Source: Octopus vulgaris (lineage: Eukaryota). Taken from it: a stretch of DNA of 64,000 nucleotides. The stretch spans positions 26,784,001 through 26,848,000 of the forward strand of contig OX597835.1 of NCBI GenBank assembly GCA_951406725.2, in the 5' to 3' direction. A model generated the notes under the pieces. That model did no database searches, was not told the DNA's origin, and was given only the letters and a program-made list of their open reading frames with translations. This document shows positions 14,004-27,851 of this stretch, piece after piece (within the stretch, counting starts at the first letter, position 1; each line of letters opens with the position of its first letter). A program made the translations under genes and the position numbers.

Positions 14004-15838
14004 GATGGTGATGACGACGACTACGACGGCGGTGCTGTTGGTGATGAAAATGATAGTGATGACCTGGCTGGAATTTGAACTCACAACAGCGCCACAAGGT
14101 GACGTGTACTTTTGCAAATGAACAGTGACTGATGATGGCCGTGGGGTCTTAATCGAGTTTTGCGCTCGATGACTCGATTCTCAGTGAAGTTAGATCGTAT
14201 CCTGTTGCAGCGCCTATGTTTTTTTTGCCCTGAGTCAAGACTCTCCACAACCCAATCCCACCTAGGCGGTTATTAAGCACAACAATCTTAGTATAATTGG
14301 ATATACCTTAACAAAGCAGCTTCTTCGAGGACCAGGTCGACCGTTCAGTTAGAAATAGCAGCCCAGATCTCTTTCCTTGACGGACAAACTCCTGCGAAAA
14401 AAATATATGATGTTGATGAAAGTGGTAGTGGTGGTGGTGGTGATGATGACGTTGATGATGGATGATAGTGATGGTGGTGGTGATGATGGTTGTGGTGGTG
14501 GTAATGATAATGATGATGATGATGATGGTGGTGATGGTGATGACGACGATGAGGAGGGTGATGATGATGATGATGTGGTTTTTGGTGCAGGAAATGATGA
14601 CTATGATTATCATGATGACGATGACGATGAAGGTGGGGCTTGTAATGATGTATGACTTATACTGATATTGCAGAAAAAATCTAAGACGGGATGGTCGTGC
14701 CCGGAATATCATTTATCATAACATTTGTTGGATCAGTGCTGGGTGTTTTTTTTTGGGTGGTGGGGGAAATAAACAACAATACACAACTGTTAGTTGAGTG
14801 AACTTAATTGTAAACACAATTAACTTACAACGGCGCAGTCCATTATTCTGTAAGCAGGTACCACCCTGTAGACTGACAAAGAGCTGTTGATGGTTCTGCG
14901 GCCAAAATACTTTATTCACAGTGACCCATTGTTGATGAAATCTCAACCCAGGATTGAAACTAGTCATCCCTTAATTGCCATTACAACCAAGACCGTTCTG
15001 ACCTAGAACGGCAGTACCTGTTAAAGTTCCATACAAGATAGACAATGTTCCATATAAGGGTTAGCTAGATTTCGCAGGGGCTGAAGAGGCTCCCATTATA
15101 TTTGACAAAGTTGTAGCGTAGGGAGTTCTTCAGGGAGACAGGTAATCTGACATAAAACTTGCAGTCTGGATCGTTGCCAGTCATTTTGCGATGCTTGTCA
15201 ATTGAAATTACTATGGTGACTGAGAGAGCGGCGAAAGTGTTGTACAGGCTTTTGTCACTCAATTCCAGCTGACGGACAGCCGTTTCATGATCATTCAATT
15301 GTGAGACAGCTATTGTTTAACAAGACGAGGCAATCATCATATATGTGATTTGTTTATTAACTATAAAGGTCAAAATATAGAGTGGACGATACAAGGACAG
15401 ACAAAGGGTCGGAGTACGAATGGAACATATAATCGATGATAAATAAGTAGAAAATTCGGATGAGAAACGAAAATGAATGAAAAAACATAATCATGAAGTG
15501 AGGCACGTGGCCGACCCCATAAACTACATTCCATCACTGAATCCTTTGGTAGACATTAATTTCTCGCTCAAACAGGTTCATTTACTCTCAACACTCTCGC
15601 TACTGTCGTCCATCTTTTCTGAAATATTCCGTGCGACAGTCATTTCACTTTCCTTATTTTCCTTTTCATATGGAAAAAGAAAATGTTTCACCAAGCCAAG
15701 GCTGGAGATGAAAGTGTCTGTCACTATCCCTTTCAGGCAATCATCATATATTTGTGAATGTTTTCTTCTGTTTTGTAACTATTTGAGCTCTTCCTTTGAA
15801 GAAGGAGCTGGTTTCTAACAAAGATACAAAGATATATT

Positions 15839-15870
<32 letters not shown>

Positions 15871-15872
15871 TG

Positions 15873-15926
<54 letters not shown>

Positions 15927-15927
<1 letters not shown>

Positions 15928-16107
15928 GACGAGCTTTTTTCAGTTTCCGTCTACCAAATCCACTCACAAGGCATTGATCGGCCTGAGATTATAGTAGAAG
16001 ACTGTTACTCAAGGTGCCACGCAGTGGCACTGAATCCATGTGGTTGCCAAGCAAGTCTTTTACCACGTAGGTACACCTTCACCTATCTCTCTCTCTCTAT
16101 ATATATA

Positions 16108-16155
<48 letters not shown>

Positions 16156-16167
16156 TGTGTGTGTGTG

Positions 16168-16198
<31 letters not shown>

Positions 16199-16412
16199 CC
16201 CGACTGATTCACAATCGGTGTCGGTTTCTTTACGTCACAATAAGGCAGCGAGCGGTTCGACAAAATAAAACGAAAGAAAAAGTACTATATTTATTTTAAA
16301 AGGGAAAAAAACGAAACGAATGTCCTAATTTCGATTTATTCGACCAAAACCTTCGAAGTAGTGCCGTAGCATGGTCACGACTCAATGACTGAGACAAGTA
16401 AAAGATGAAAGA
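15927..16412. mobile_element. Two SINE A fragments (head, minus, about 15927-16075; tail, plus, about 16195-16412) separated by microsatellite
   Basis: TTTCAGTTTCCGTCTACCAAATCCACTCACAAGGC (minus head); AGCATGGTCACGACTCAATGACTGAGACAAGTAAAAG (plus tail). Confidence 0.7.
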
Positions 16413-17089
16413 TATTCTGCAGTACAGCACAACACTAAGACTTAAACACTGCTTAAAATATCAGTAATCTCCAACTATTTGCCAAGGATGCATTATATTA
16501 TGCAAATCGGTGTATCCAAGTTATTGAAGTTCTTAGTAAGAGTGTGCGTTTATAAAGAATATCTTTATGGATAGTTACTCGCTGGGTAGGGTACTTAATC
16601 ACTGATGAAATCTCAACAAAGAACTGAATCTGAATCTAATCTGGCTAATCTTTATCTGTCCACGAAGATATCGTATGCACAGACAAGATACTTACGTTTG
16701 TGTATAACATACACAATAGGCTTACAATCTATAGATATACTCTTATACATGGTATTTTACATACATATCACATATTTGTGGATACGTGTGTGTGTGTTTC
16801 GAGTTATGTGTATATACACGATTGAATGTATGTATGAATACGTAAGCATGTGTGCGTACGTATGCGTGAATGTGTGTGTGTATATACTATGTATGCGTAT
16901 GTATACATGAGTATGCATATGCGATTGTACTTTTTTGGGCATCTATGTAATATCTGTATTTCGTATTATATCTAGATGCTTTCTCGCCGGTAAAGATGTT
17001 TTCGTTGTTAAACCTGAGCTAAAAATATTTAATATTGAGAGCCAAAACACTCATACACAGATAAGCTTGTATATGTATATGGGTGTCTC

Positions 17090-17130
<41 letters not shown>

Positions 17131-17178
17131 AATATATATATATATACATATACGTATATATGTATATATATATGTGTG

Positions 17179-17217
<39 letters not shown>

Positions 17218-17606
17218 GTATATATGTATGTATATATATATATATATGTATATATATGTATATGTATGTATATAAATATATATGTGTGCATATATGTGCA
17301 TGTGTGTCTGTGTACTGTGTGAGTGAGAGTGTGTATGTGTGAGTGTATGTATCTATGTATACATGTGTGTGCGAGCAAATGTATTATTATACATGTGCGC
17401 TTGTATGCGCATTTGTGTGTACGTGCCGTAAACTACATTTTTGCGTTAATTAGGGAAACTTGCTCTATTGGCTGCTTTCGTTGGTCGTACCTTGCGTAAA
17501 TATTGCAGTTTGTATACCAAAAAGGAGTGTGCTCAATGCATAGCATTAGTTATTAGACACACACAGGCATACATACATACACATATATATATTTATGTAC
17601 ACTGAA

Positions 17607-17684
17607 AGTTTCTGGCTATGAAGACACGTGGCTAAGTAGGTTTTTCATAACGTACCTAGCCACGTGTCTTCCTAACAAGAAACT
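17607..17684. repeat. Hairpin, 36-bp arms (31/36 complementary), 6-nt loop
   Basis: AGTTTCTGGCTATGAAGACACGTGGCTAAGTAGGTT / AACGTACCTAGCCACGTGTCTTCCTAACAAGAAACT. Confidence 0.85.
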
Positions 17685-17972
17685 GCTAGTTGCTCTGTTC
17701 TTTCTACAGTCTATATCAGATGATATTTATCTCCCATTGGATGATGATACATTTTTTTTGTTGATCTCACCCTAACGGAATAGTAAATTACACACACACA
17801 CACAAACACACGTATGCATGTACAGGTGTAAGGCGTGGTTGTGTGGTTAGGAAGCTTGCTTCCCAAGTATGTGGTCATGGTTTCAGTCTCATTGCACGTC
17901 AACATCAGCAAGTTATCTTCCACTACAGTTAAGCCTCGTGAGAAGATGTAATTGACAGAAACTGAAACAAGT

Positions 17973-18032
<60 letters not shown>

Positions 18033-18045
18033 TACACACATATAT

Positions 18046-18086
<41 letters not shown>

Positions 18087-18145
18087 GAGAGAAAGAGATT
18101 GATAGATAGATAGAAAGACAGACAGATAGGTAGATAGATAGATAA

Positions 18146-18266
<121 letters not shown>

Positions 18267-18513
18267 CAATTTAGGTGCAACTCGTGTTTCATGCCCTGTG
18301 ATCTTTCGAGTGACATCTGAAAAGTTCTCAGACACTAAACTCACAAATATTCTATATTTCTTCCTCTCCTTTTCGTTTACATTGGCGTCTATTTCTCCGC
18401 ACCTCGTTTTATTGACTCACTACGACATAATAGAATTATAGCCCCGTTTATCTGTTGAATCATTGTGCACCCTTATCTCTTTGCAATGTGCTAAGTTCGT
18501 AGCGGTTACCTCC

Positions 18514-18634
<121 letters not shown>

Positions 18635-18736
18635 GTGTGTGTCTGTATACGCGCACAAACATACGTACGTGCACACACGCGCATGTGTATGTATAGAGGC
18701 ATCTATATATATATACACACATATATATACCTGTAT

Positions 18737-18779
<43 letters not shown>

Positions 18780-19085
18780 CCTATATACATATACATGTAT
18801 GTGTGTGCACGTAGGTGTGTGGATACAGACGCACACACACACATACACACGCACTGGACAAATATTTGGTGGTGATACTGAAAAATAATTCCTTATTTTG
18901 GCACGAAGGCTGAATAGGTGTGAATAGAACGAGATTTGGGTGATAATATGACGATTATATATATGGGGGTGTGTATGTGTGCAAGTAAGTAAATATATAT
19001 GTATGTGTAAATAAATGTGTGTGTATGTTGGGGGGTGTATAAAAGACTTCCGTTTTTCTCCAACGTCAAACTGATACACTTCATT

Positions 19086-19428
<343 letters not shown>

Positions 19429-19463
19429 ATTGTCCTTTTCTATTTTCCTCTGTCCTTTCCTCT

Positions 19464-19498
19464 GTTTCTGAAGAAGAGCTCTGCTCGGAACCTTAAAC
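19464..19498 (+). ncRNA. Decayed minimal hammerhead ribozyme motif
   Basis: GTTT-CTGAAGA-A-GAGC-tct-GCTC-GGAA-CC-TT-AAAC. Stems I and II pair; core GAAA is GGAA and stem III CG is CC. Confidence 0.55.
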
Positions 19499-19579
19499 CA
19501 TCTTTCTTTCCTTCCCTGAGCGTCTGCTAATTCTTTACATGTTGTTTTTTTATGTTTGTTCTTCGTTTGGGGGGGGGGG

Positions 19580-19633
<54 letters not shown>

Positions 19634-19684
19634 ATCGTTAGCCACTACACACATTTTTTCCTCTCGTTGTTTTTTCCTGTGTCC

Positions 19685-19720
19685 CTTTCTGAAGAAGAGC
19701 GTAGGCTCGAAGCGTAAAAG
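19685..19720 (+). ncRNA. Minimal hammerhead motif (GAAG variant) in a ~185-bp (TA)n-flanked element (about 19627-19810)
   Basis: CTTT-CTGAAGA-A-GAGC-gtag-GCTC-GAAG-CG-TA-AAAG. The element is homologous to 47078-47236 and 51452-51626. Confidence 0.65.
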
Positions 19721-20063
19721 ACTTTTTCTATTCCTGAACGTTATACTAATACATCTGTTTGTTTTGTACAATACCTGTCTTCGTCTTTTGTTTTTTTCGT
19801 AAACTCTCTCTCTATATATATACATATATACATTCTTTTATTCGTTAACTTGTTTCAGTCATTTGACAGCGGCCATGCTGGAGCGCCGCCTTAAAGGGTT
19901 TTAGTGGAAGAAATTGACTCCAGTACTTATTCGATCGCTTTATCTTGCCGAACCGCTAGGCTACAGGGATATAAACACAACAGCATCGGTTGTCATGAGA
20001 CGGTGGGATTTGGTGGTGGGAAACAAACACAGACTCTCTCATTCCCTCACACACACACACAAA

Positions 20064-20150
<87 letters not shown>

Positions 20151-20186
20151 GCGTTGTTGTGTTTTTTTGTGCTTTCTTGTTTGGAT

Positions 20187-20345
<159 letters not shown>

Positions 20346-20612
20346 GGCGGTCTTTCAGTTTCAGTGTCAGTACACACATACACATATACATACCCACACA
20401 GACATACATACTTACATACATGTCCTTACACACTCATAGACACACATACCTACATACATACACACATATACATACAAATATTCATACATACCTATATATA
20501 TATATATATATACATACATTAATATGCATAGCTTGATAAAGAGATAGGTAGCCCCCCCCCCCCATATACGCCTGGTCACCCCAAAACTCATATCTATACA
20601 CACACACTTACC

Positions 20613-20663
<51 letters not shown>

Positions 20664-21122
20664 TCACACACACACTTCGACATACATACCTACATACATA
20701 CAGATGCATGTTTACAAAGGCACGCCCCCTTTTAAAGCATTCTGCTAGCTGCGCCTGCAAACTTTCATTCACGTGAATGGAATTTCTCGGCAGGGAAATT
20801 CTTGAAACGGGTGCAGCAGAAATTAATTGTGAATTCTACGAATTGTTCCTCCATCCGGGAACTTTGTTAGTGTGTGCACAGTTAGAGACGAAGCCAAGTT
20901 TTTCACCCGAAACCAGGCCGTCAAACGAGACAAACCGTCTCAACAGAAATAGCTGCTTTGGGTGGTGTGGTGTCGGGTGGTGGTGGGTGGTGGTGATAGG
21001 AGTTGTTTGTTTTGTTTTGTTTTGTTTTGTTTTTACTGATGTTTTTATGCTCGTGTTTGTATTTGCTATTCTTTCCCACCCAACCTCCCACTCTCGTCGC
21101 CCAGATGACAAATGAAAAAAAA

Positions 21123-21551
21123 GGATCTTTTCCGTTTGACCGGCAGTTTTTTAAAATAATTTCCACGTAACTAAACACTTTTAAACTTCGTATACTGGTA
21201 GAATGTGTTTATAAAACATCTTTTTCTCTTGGCTTTATTGAGAAAATTCTATAGTTTGTAAGATATTTGTTGTTTTGCTTTCTTCAATTTCTGCAATTTT
21301 AACCAATCAATGACGTTTATTGAGGTAAAAAAAACATTCTGTGCCGTATGAATATGTCCCTCGTTTAAGAAACAGATTGGGTTTATTTACATTTGTGAAG
21401 AAAAAAAGATACCCTTCCCCCCATCTTTAACCCTAACTAACCCTAACCCTAAAACAGATTCAAATGCAATAGATCGATACTAGGGTCATAATTATGGGTG
21501 ACAATTTCATATGACACCGCTAGAAAACTGCTGTTCAAACCGAAAAGATCC
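21123..21551. mobile_element. MITE-like element with ~28-bp TIRs and internal CCCTAA repeats
   Basis: Left end GGATCTTTTCCGTTTGACCGGCAGTTTT; right end reverse complement GGATCTTTTCGGTTTGAACAGCAGTTTT. AAAA on both sides (possible TSD). TAACCCTAACTAACCCTAACCCTAA near 21428-21452. Confidence 0.8.
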
Positions 21552-21621
21552 AAAAGAAATTGTTGTTGTTGCTGTGGTTCGAACCCCAGCCGATGCACCT
21601 ATTTCTTTAAGCATTCTTTAT

Positions 21622-21815
21622 AGCAAAGGCGGAGGTATTGTTTTTCGGGTGTGTTTGTTTGTTTGTTTGTTTGTCTGTTCATGGATAAGATATCTCAAGA
21701 ACTGCAGAATGGATTCGAATGAAACTTTCAGGGATGTTTGGCCTCGTGACTGACAAGCACTGATTAGATTCTGGGATCTATCAGGTACCAGACAAGGATT
21801 CTGGATTACTTTTTC

Positions 21816-21817
<2 letters not shown>
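21622..21817 (+). mobile_element. Helentron-associated (DINE-1/HINE-like) non-autonomous fragment
   Basis: GGAGGTATTGTTTTT..(GTTT)n GTCTG...GATATCTCAAGAACT...GGATTCGAATGAAACTTTCAGG, a layout typical of these elements. Confidence 0.55.
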
Positions 21818-21845
<28 letters not shown>

Positions 21846-21852
<7 letters not shown>

Positions 21853-22025
21853 AAATCCGTTCTGTCTGTCTCTGCGTGTGTCTTCTAGGATCTCGGGCAT
21901 CCTCCATCCGGTTGCGCTCAAATTTGATATGTAGATACCGACGGTATAAGGACGTGTATAAGTCTTGAAAAAATTACAAAAATCGATTCCAGGTGAGAAT
22001 GCGATCGATAAAGCCGTGGGAACGT
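21846..22025 (+). mobile_element. Helitron-like non-autonomous 5' fragment
   Basis: TATATAAAATCCGTTCTGTCTGTC...CCGGTTGCGCTCAAATTTGATATGTAGAT; resemblance only. Confidence 0.4.
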
Positions 22026-22233
22026 ACATTTGTAAAATCGTTTCTCTTGGAAGAGAAAAAAGTCTATCTTTATTTCTTCTTTTGCTGGTGTCTCAAATTT
22101 AGGTTAAATCAGTGTTTCTCAAAGGGGAGGCCTATGGGATGGTCGGGCAAGTTGTTTTGAGAAAATTTGGTTTAAATGTCTGACAACACAGCACCGTCCA
22201 TTGGACGGGAGGCGTTTTGCCCGTATATGTATT

Positions 22234-22276
<43 letters not shown>

Positions 22277-22732
22277 ATATATTCCTCCTACATGCAACAA
22301 CTTCCAACTTACATTTCCATTTCTTTTCTAAATTCTAATTTATCTTCCACACCTCCACATACCTAACATACACCCAGCAAACACACACGCGCAGATACCA
22401 TTAATCGCACACACACATACAGGCCGTCTCTGCACTCTCCTGTCTTCAAAAACCACTTTCTCCTTTCTCTATCTACCTTCACTTCCAGTCGGCTATTTTT
22501 CAGCCATAGAGCGACACACGTGCTTTTTTTTCTAACTATCACTTTCCTTCTTTAGACTTTTTCTTCTTTCCTCTTTCTGACGAAGAACCATTGCCGAAGC
22601 GTCACTCTCTCCTCTTTCTTGTTTTCTTATATTAAACTTTCTTTGAACATCAACCTAGAAACTTTCGCTGCGGACATTATTTTGATTTCAGTTGATTCTC
22701 TATTGTTCAATTTTGCTTTTCCTACACGTACG

Positions 22733-23693
<961 letters not shown>

Positions 23694-24007
23694 AAAAAAA
23701 TATATATATACTCCTATTTTGAGTTATATATATATATATATATATATACACTCATATGAAAGAATAAGGTGTACGTACGCCGGTGTGTGTGTGTATACAC
23801 ATAAACGTAAATTCATACATATATATACACGCTACACACATATATGTACATATGCTCACATACAAGTAGATACATGTATACAAATACACTCAGACATTTT
23901 TTTTTATTTTACACCTATTCACTTACATACACACACGTATATAAGTGTACGTATGAGCATACATACATATATAATTATCTTCATATGTACATGTATATAC
24001 GTATGCA

Positions 24008-24061
<54 letters not shown>

Positions 24062-24766
24062 CGAACTATTGATTATGCGTTAGTTGCTCTGAGTTTCATG
24101 TTATAATTGGTCGTTAATCAGGCCCTCTCCTGGTTTTCACTTGTTTATACAGCAAGAGTTTTACATGTTTACACAACTGCAAAAATGTGGAAAGACAACT
24201 TCCTGCAGGGCATTATGGGAAATAGACAGTCTCGTCGCTCGTAAATCTTCGCAGATAGAAAAATAAATGTTATTTCTCTCTGGGTGTCAGAGCAATAAGG
24301 GAATGGAAATTACACGAAAGATGAGATAGAAGGAAGAATGAAGGCAATGCGATGATTAACAGAAAATGAAACGAGGGGAAATATAGATATGAGATAAGGG
24401 AACGAGAGAACAAGCTACAACCGAACGAGAAGAGGGAATGAAGAGGAAGATAGTAAGGTTGAGAAACCTAGGAGTGTATTACACATACAAGCATGCATAC
24501 ATACACACACACACATACATACATACACATACATACATATACATACATACATGCATGCATGCATACATACATACATACATGCATGCATACATACATACAT
24601 ACATACATACATGCATACATACATACATACATACATACATGCATGCATACATACATAATACATACATACATACATGCATGCATACATGCATACATACATA
24701 CATACATACATACATACATACATACATGCATGCATACATACATACATACATACATACATACATACA

Positions 24767-25140
24767 TGGAAGCACTCCGTCAGTTACGACGACGAAGGTT
24801 CCGGTTGATCCGAATCAACGGAACAGCCTGCTCGTGTAAGTGGCTGAGCACTCCACAGACACGTGCACCCTTAACGTAGTTCTCGGGGATATTCAGCGTG
24901 ACACAGAGAGTGACAAGGTCGGCCCTTTGAAATACAGGTACAACAGAAACAGGAAGTAAGAGTGAGAGAAAGTTGTGGTGAAAGAGTACAGCAGGGATCA
25001 CCACCATCCCCTGCCGGAGCCTCGTGGAGCTTTTAGGTGTTTTCGCTCAATAAACACTCACAACGCCCGGTCTGGGAATCGAAACCGCGATCCTATGACC
25101 GCGAGTCCGCTGCCCTAACCAATGGGCCATTGCGCCTCCA
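24767..25140 (-). mobile_element. tRNA(Arg)-like SINE family C, tail type 1
   Basis: Reverse complement of TGGAGGCGCAATGGCCCA.TGGTTAGGGCAGCGGACTCGCGG..GGTTTCGATTCCC (A/B boxes). Nearly identical to 30660-31046; embedded in (TACA)n. Confidence 0.9.
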
Positions 25141-25162
25141 TACATACATACATACATACATT

Positions 25163-25486
25163 ATGGCTGCCCCTCGTTATCGAGTATGGCCATTGCACGA
25201 AGCTTAACTGTTACTGGTGCTGTGATCGAATGTGACTTTTTAGCCCAGCTAAAGATCTACAATGTCTTGTACAAAATTGGCAACTAAAACCTTTACTGGT
25301 AATAGTCGGCTGTAGTTGTAACTGGGCTTCATGTACCTTTGCATGTCGTTTAAGTCCTCCTGCCGAATTACACTCTCTTCCACATACCCGACAGATATGA
25401 TTAGTATGGTGTGTTACACCACCACCAGTGGCCAGGTTGTCACTCATCTGTCTCGTTTTATGACTACGAAGATGAGTCATGAGTCC
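25163..25486 (-). mobile_element. RTE-type LINE 3' fragment with C-terminal C2H2-like fingers
   Basis: GLMTHLRSH...CRVCGRECNSAGGLKRHAKVH...CQFCTRHCRSLAGLKSHIRSQHQ*, then a ~50-nt UTR and (TATG)n. The CxxC..CxSxxGLxSH type is typical of RTE ORF ends; no TGEKP linkers. Confidence 0.65.
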
Positions 25487-25527
25487 ATACATACATACAT
25501 ACGTACGTACGTACGTACATGCATAGA

Positions 25528-25859
25528 GGTGGCTGTGTGATAAGGAGTTTGCTTGCCAACCACGTGGTTCTGGGTTCAGTCCCACTGCGTGACACCTTGG
25601 GCAAATGTCTTCTGCTATAGCCTCGGGTCGACCAAAGCCTTGTGGGTGGATTTGGTGGAAAGAAAATGAAAATAAATCCAGCGTACGTGCGCCCATGTGT
25701 CTCCCACCACCGCTCGACAAAAGGCTTACATTCCTGTAACTTAGCAATTCGGCAAAAACAACGATAGAATAAGTACCAATCTGATAAAAAAATTGTAACT
25801 ACTGGTCTGGATTCATTCGATTAAAAATTCATGATCGAAAGAAGCAAAGAATAAAAAGA
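25528..25859 (+). mobile_element. SINE family A, diverged
   Basis: GTGGCTGTGTGATAAG..GGGTTCAGTCCCACTGCGTGACACCTTGGGCAAATGTCTTCTGCTATAGCC. Confidence 0.8.
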
Positions 25860-25923
25860 TGTCCGCCTTTATATCGTCTATCTGTCCATAAGGTTCTATT
25901 GTCGTCCGTTACGTCCTTAATCC

Positions 25924-25980
<57 letters not shown>

Positions 25981-26117
25981 AGAGAGGAAAAATTATAATA
26001 AGGCAGAATGCTAAATTGAAAGTAAATTTTAATAAAAATGGGTGTATGGAAAAGAAAAAAAAATATATATCTTATATTTATATATATGTATGTATATATA
26101 TATATATGTGTGTGTGT

Positions 26118-26148
<31 letters not shown>

Positions 26149-26244
26149 GTGTCTGTGTGTGTGTATGTATATATACACACACACATTTAAATACATATAT
26201 ATATATGTATATATACATACACACATTTAAACTTTAACGTGCAG

Positions 26245-26390
26245 TATAACCATAACCTTACACCTTAACTCAAAACTCTATAACCCTAATACTAAACCCT
26301 AACCATAATCCTACACCTAAACCCTAAGCCCTAACCCCAACCCTCAACCCAAACCCTTAACTCCGACTCTAACACGAAACCCTAACCTAG
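26245..26390. repeat. Degenerate telomere-like (CCCTAA)n tract
   Basis: 6-bp periodic TAACCC variants (TAACCA, TAACCT, AAACCC, CAACCC). Confidence 0.7.
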
Positions 26391-26829
26391 ATCTGGTCGT
26401 TTCATAGTGTAGTCTACGGACACTACGGTAGACTGAACGCTTAAGTAAAGCCAAATTTTCAAAGCAATCTTTCGCTGGCATAGTATTCAGAAAGTGCCGC
26501 GGGCCGCAGTTTGCCCATGGCTGTTGAAGTCATGCCGTCGGTACATAAGGCGCTGGAACAAATACCGCAAAGAATCCTTTCCCACATTCTAACAATCTAA
26601 GTTCTGCCAATCCACAGCCGGCCCCAGAAAGTCTTTTGGTTTTTTTCTTGCTTTAGCGATGTCCAAAAGATAAAACAGAAAAAGATAAGCTCGGCTCATA
26701 ATACTAAAAGATCGGATGTAATCCGAAAGGAAGGTAAATGAGATTAATCCGAGGAGAAAGAAGACTAAGCCAGCGTGAAATAATTCTATACTTCTCAGAG
26801 AAGGAATTTATATTACGTAAACTATTTAT

Positions 26830-27053
26830 ATTGGTTTCAAATTTTGGCACAAGGCCAGCAATTTCAAGGTGGGTGGGTGGAGGGATTAAGTCGATTACAT
26901 CGACTCCATTACTCAACTGGTATATATTTTATCGGTCCTGAAAAGGGGGAAAAGCAAAGTTGACCACGGCTGAATTTGAACTCAGACCGTAGTGCGCAAA
27001 CGAAATGCTGCTAAGCATTCCGCCCGGTCTGCTGACGATTTTACCAACTCGCC
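26830..27053 (-). mobile_element. tRNA-derived SINE family B (MetaSINE-like core)
   Basis: Reverse complement of GGCGAG.TGG.A.AATCG.CAGC...GAGTTCAAATTC...CAACTTTGC.TTTC..TACCAGTTGAGTA.TGG.GTCGATGTAATCGAC. Confidence 0.75.
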
Positions 27054-27077
27054 ATAACAACAACAACAACAACAGCA

Positions 27078-27122
<45 letters not shown>

Positions 27123-27288
27123 TGAGATGGCCATGTCGTACTGATATGGTTGTGATGCATGTGCCTGGTGTACCCTTATCAGACGGGTAGTCATGATGGG
27201 TATACTGAGCTTTGTATATTTTACCCTAGTGTCACTTTGATGGCATACACAACAACAACAATAATAATAATAATTATTATCATTATTG

Positions 27289-27374
<86 letters not shown>

Positions 27375-27530
27375 TGAAGCAGAACGAGCACACGTGTTAT
27401 AATTGGCATAATGACCCTCCCGAGATATAAATGGATATCAGGAACAAAACAAAACAAATGGAAATATATATATATATATATATATATATATTTCCATTTG
27501 TTTTGTTCCTGATATATATATATATATATA

Positions 27531-27807
27531 TGGCTGTGTGGTAAGAAACTTGCTTCCCGACCAATGGTTCCGGGTCCATTCCTACTTGGGCATATGTTTC
27601 TGTGTCTGTGTTTGTCCCGCCCAACATCGCTTTACAACCGATACTGATGAGTTTACGACCCCGTAAATTAGCGGTTCGGCAAAAGAGACCGATAGAATAA
27701 ATACTAGACTTACAAAAAATAAGTCCTGGGGGTCGATTTGCTCGACTAAAGGCGGTGGTCCAGCATGGCCATAGTCAAATGACTGAAACAAGTAAAAGAG
27801 TAAAAGA

Positions 27808-27808
<1 letters not shown>
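27531..27808 (+). mobile_element. SINE family A with internal deletion
   Basis: TGGCTGTGTGGTAAG head joined to body; tail GACTGAAACAAGTAAAAGAGTAAAAGAG. Confidence 0.85.

Positions 27809-27845
<37 letters not shown>

Positions 27846-27851
<6 letters not shown>

Noticed and set aside
25211-25747. 178-aa ORF as a host C2H2 zinc-finger gene
   Set aside because: N-terminal half is antisense SINE A plus microsatellite; fingers are LINE-type without TGEKP linkers.
26497-26523. hAT-like terminal motif GCGGGCCGCAGTTTGCCCATGGCTG
   Set aside because: Only one end is visible; no partner TIR or 8-bp TSD.
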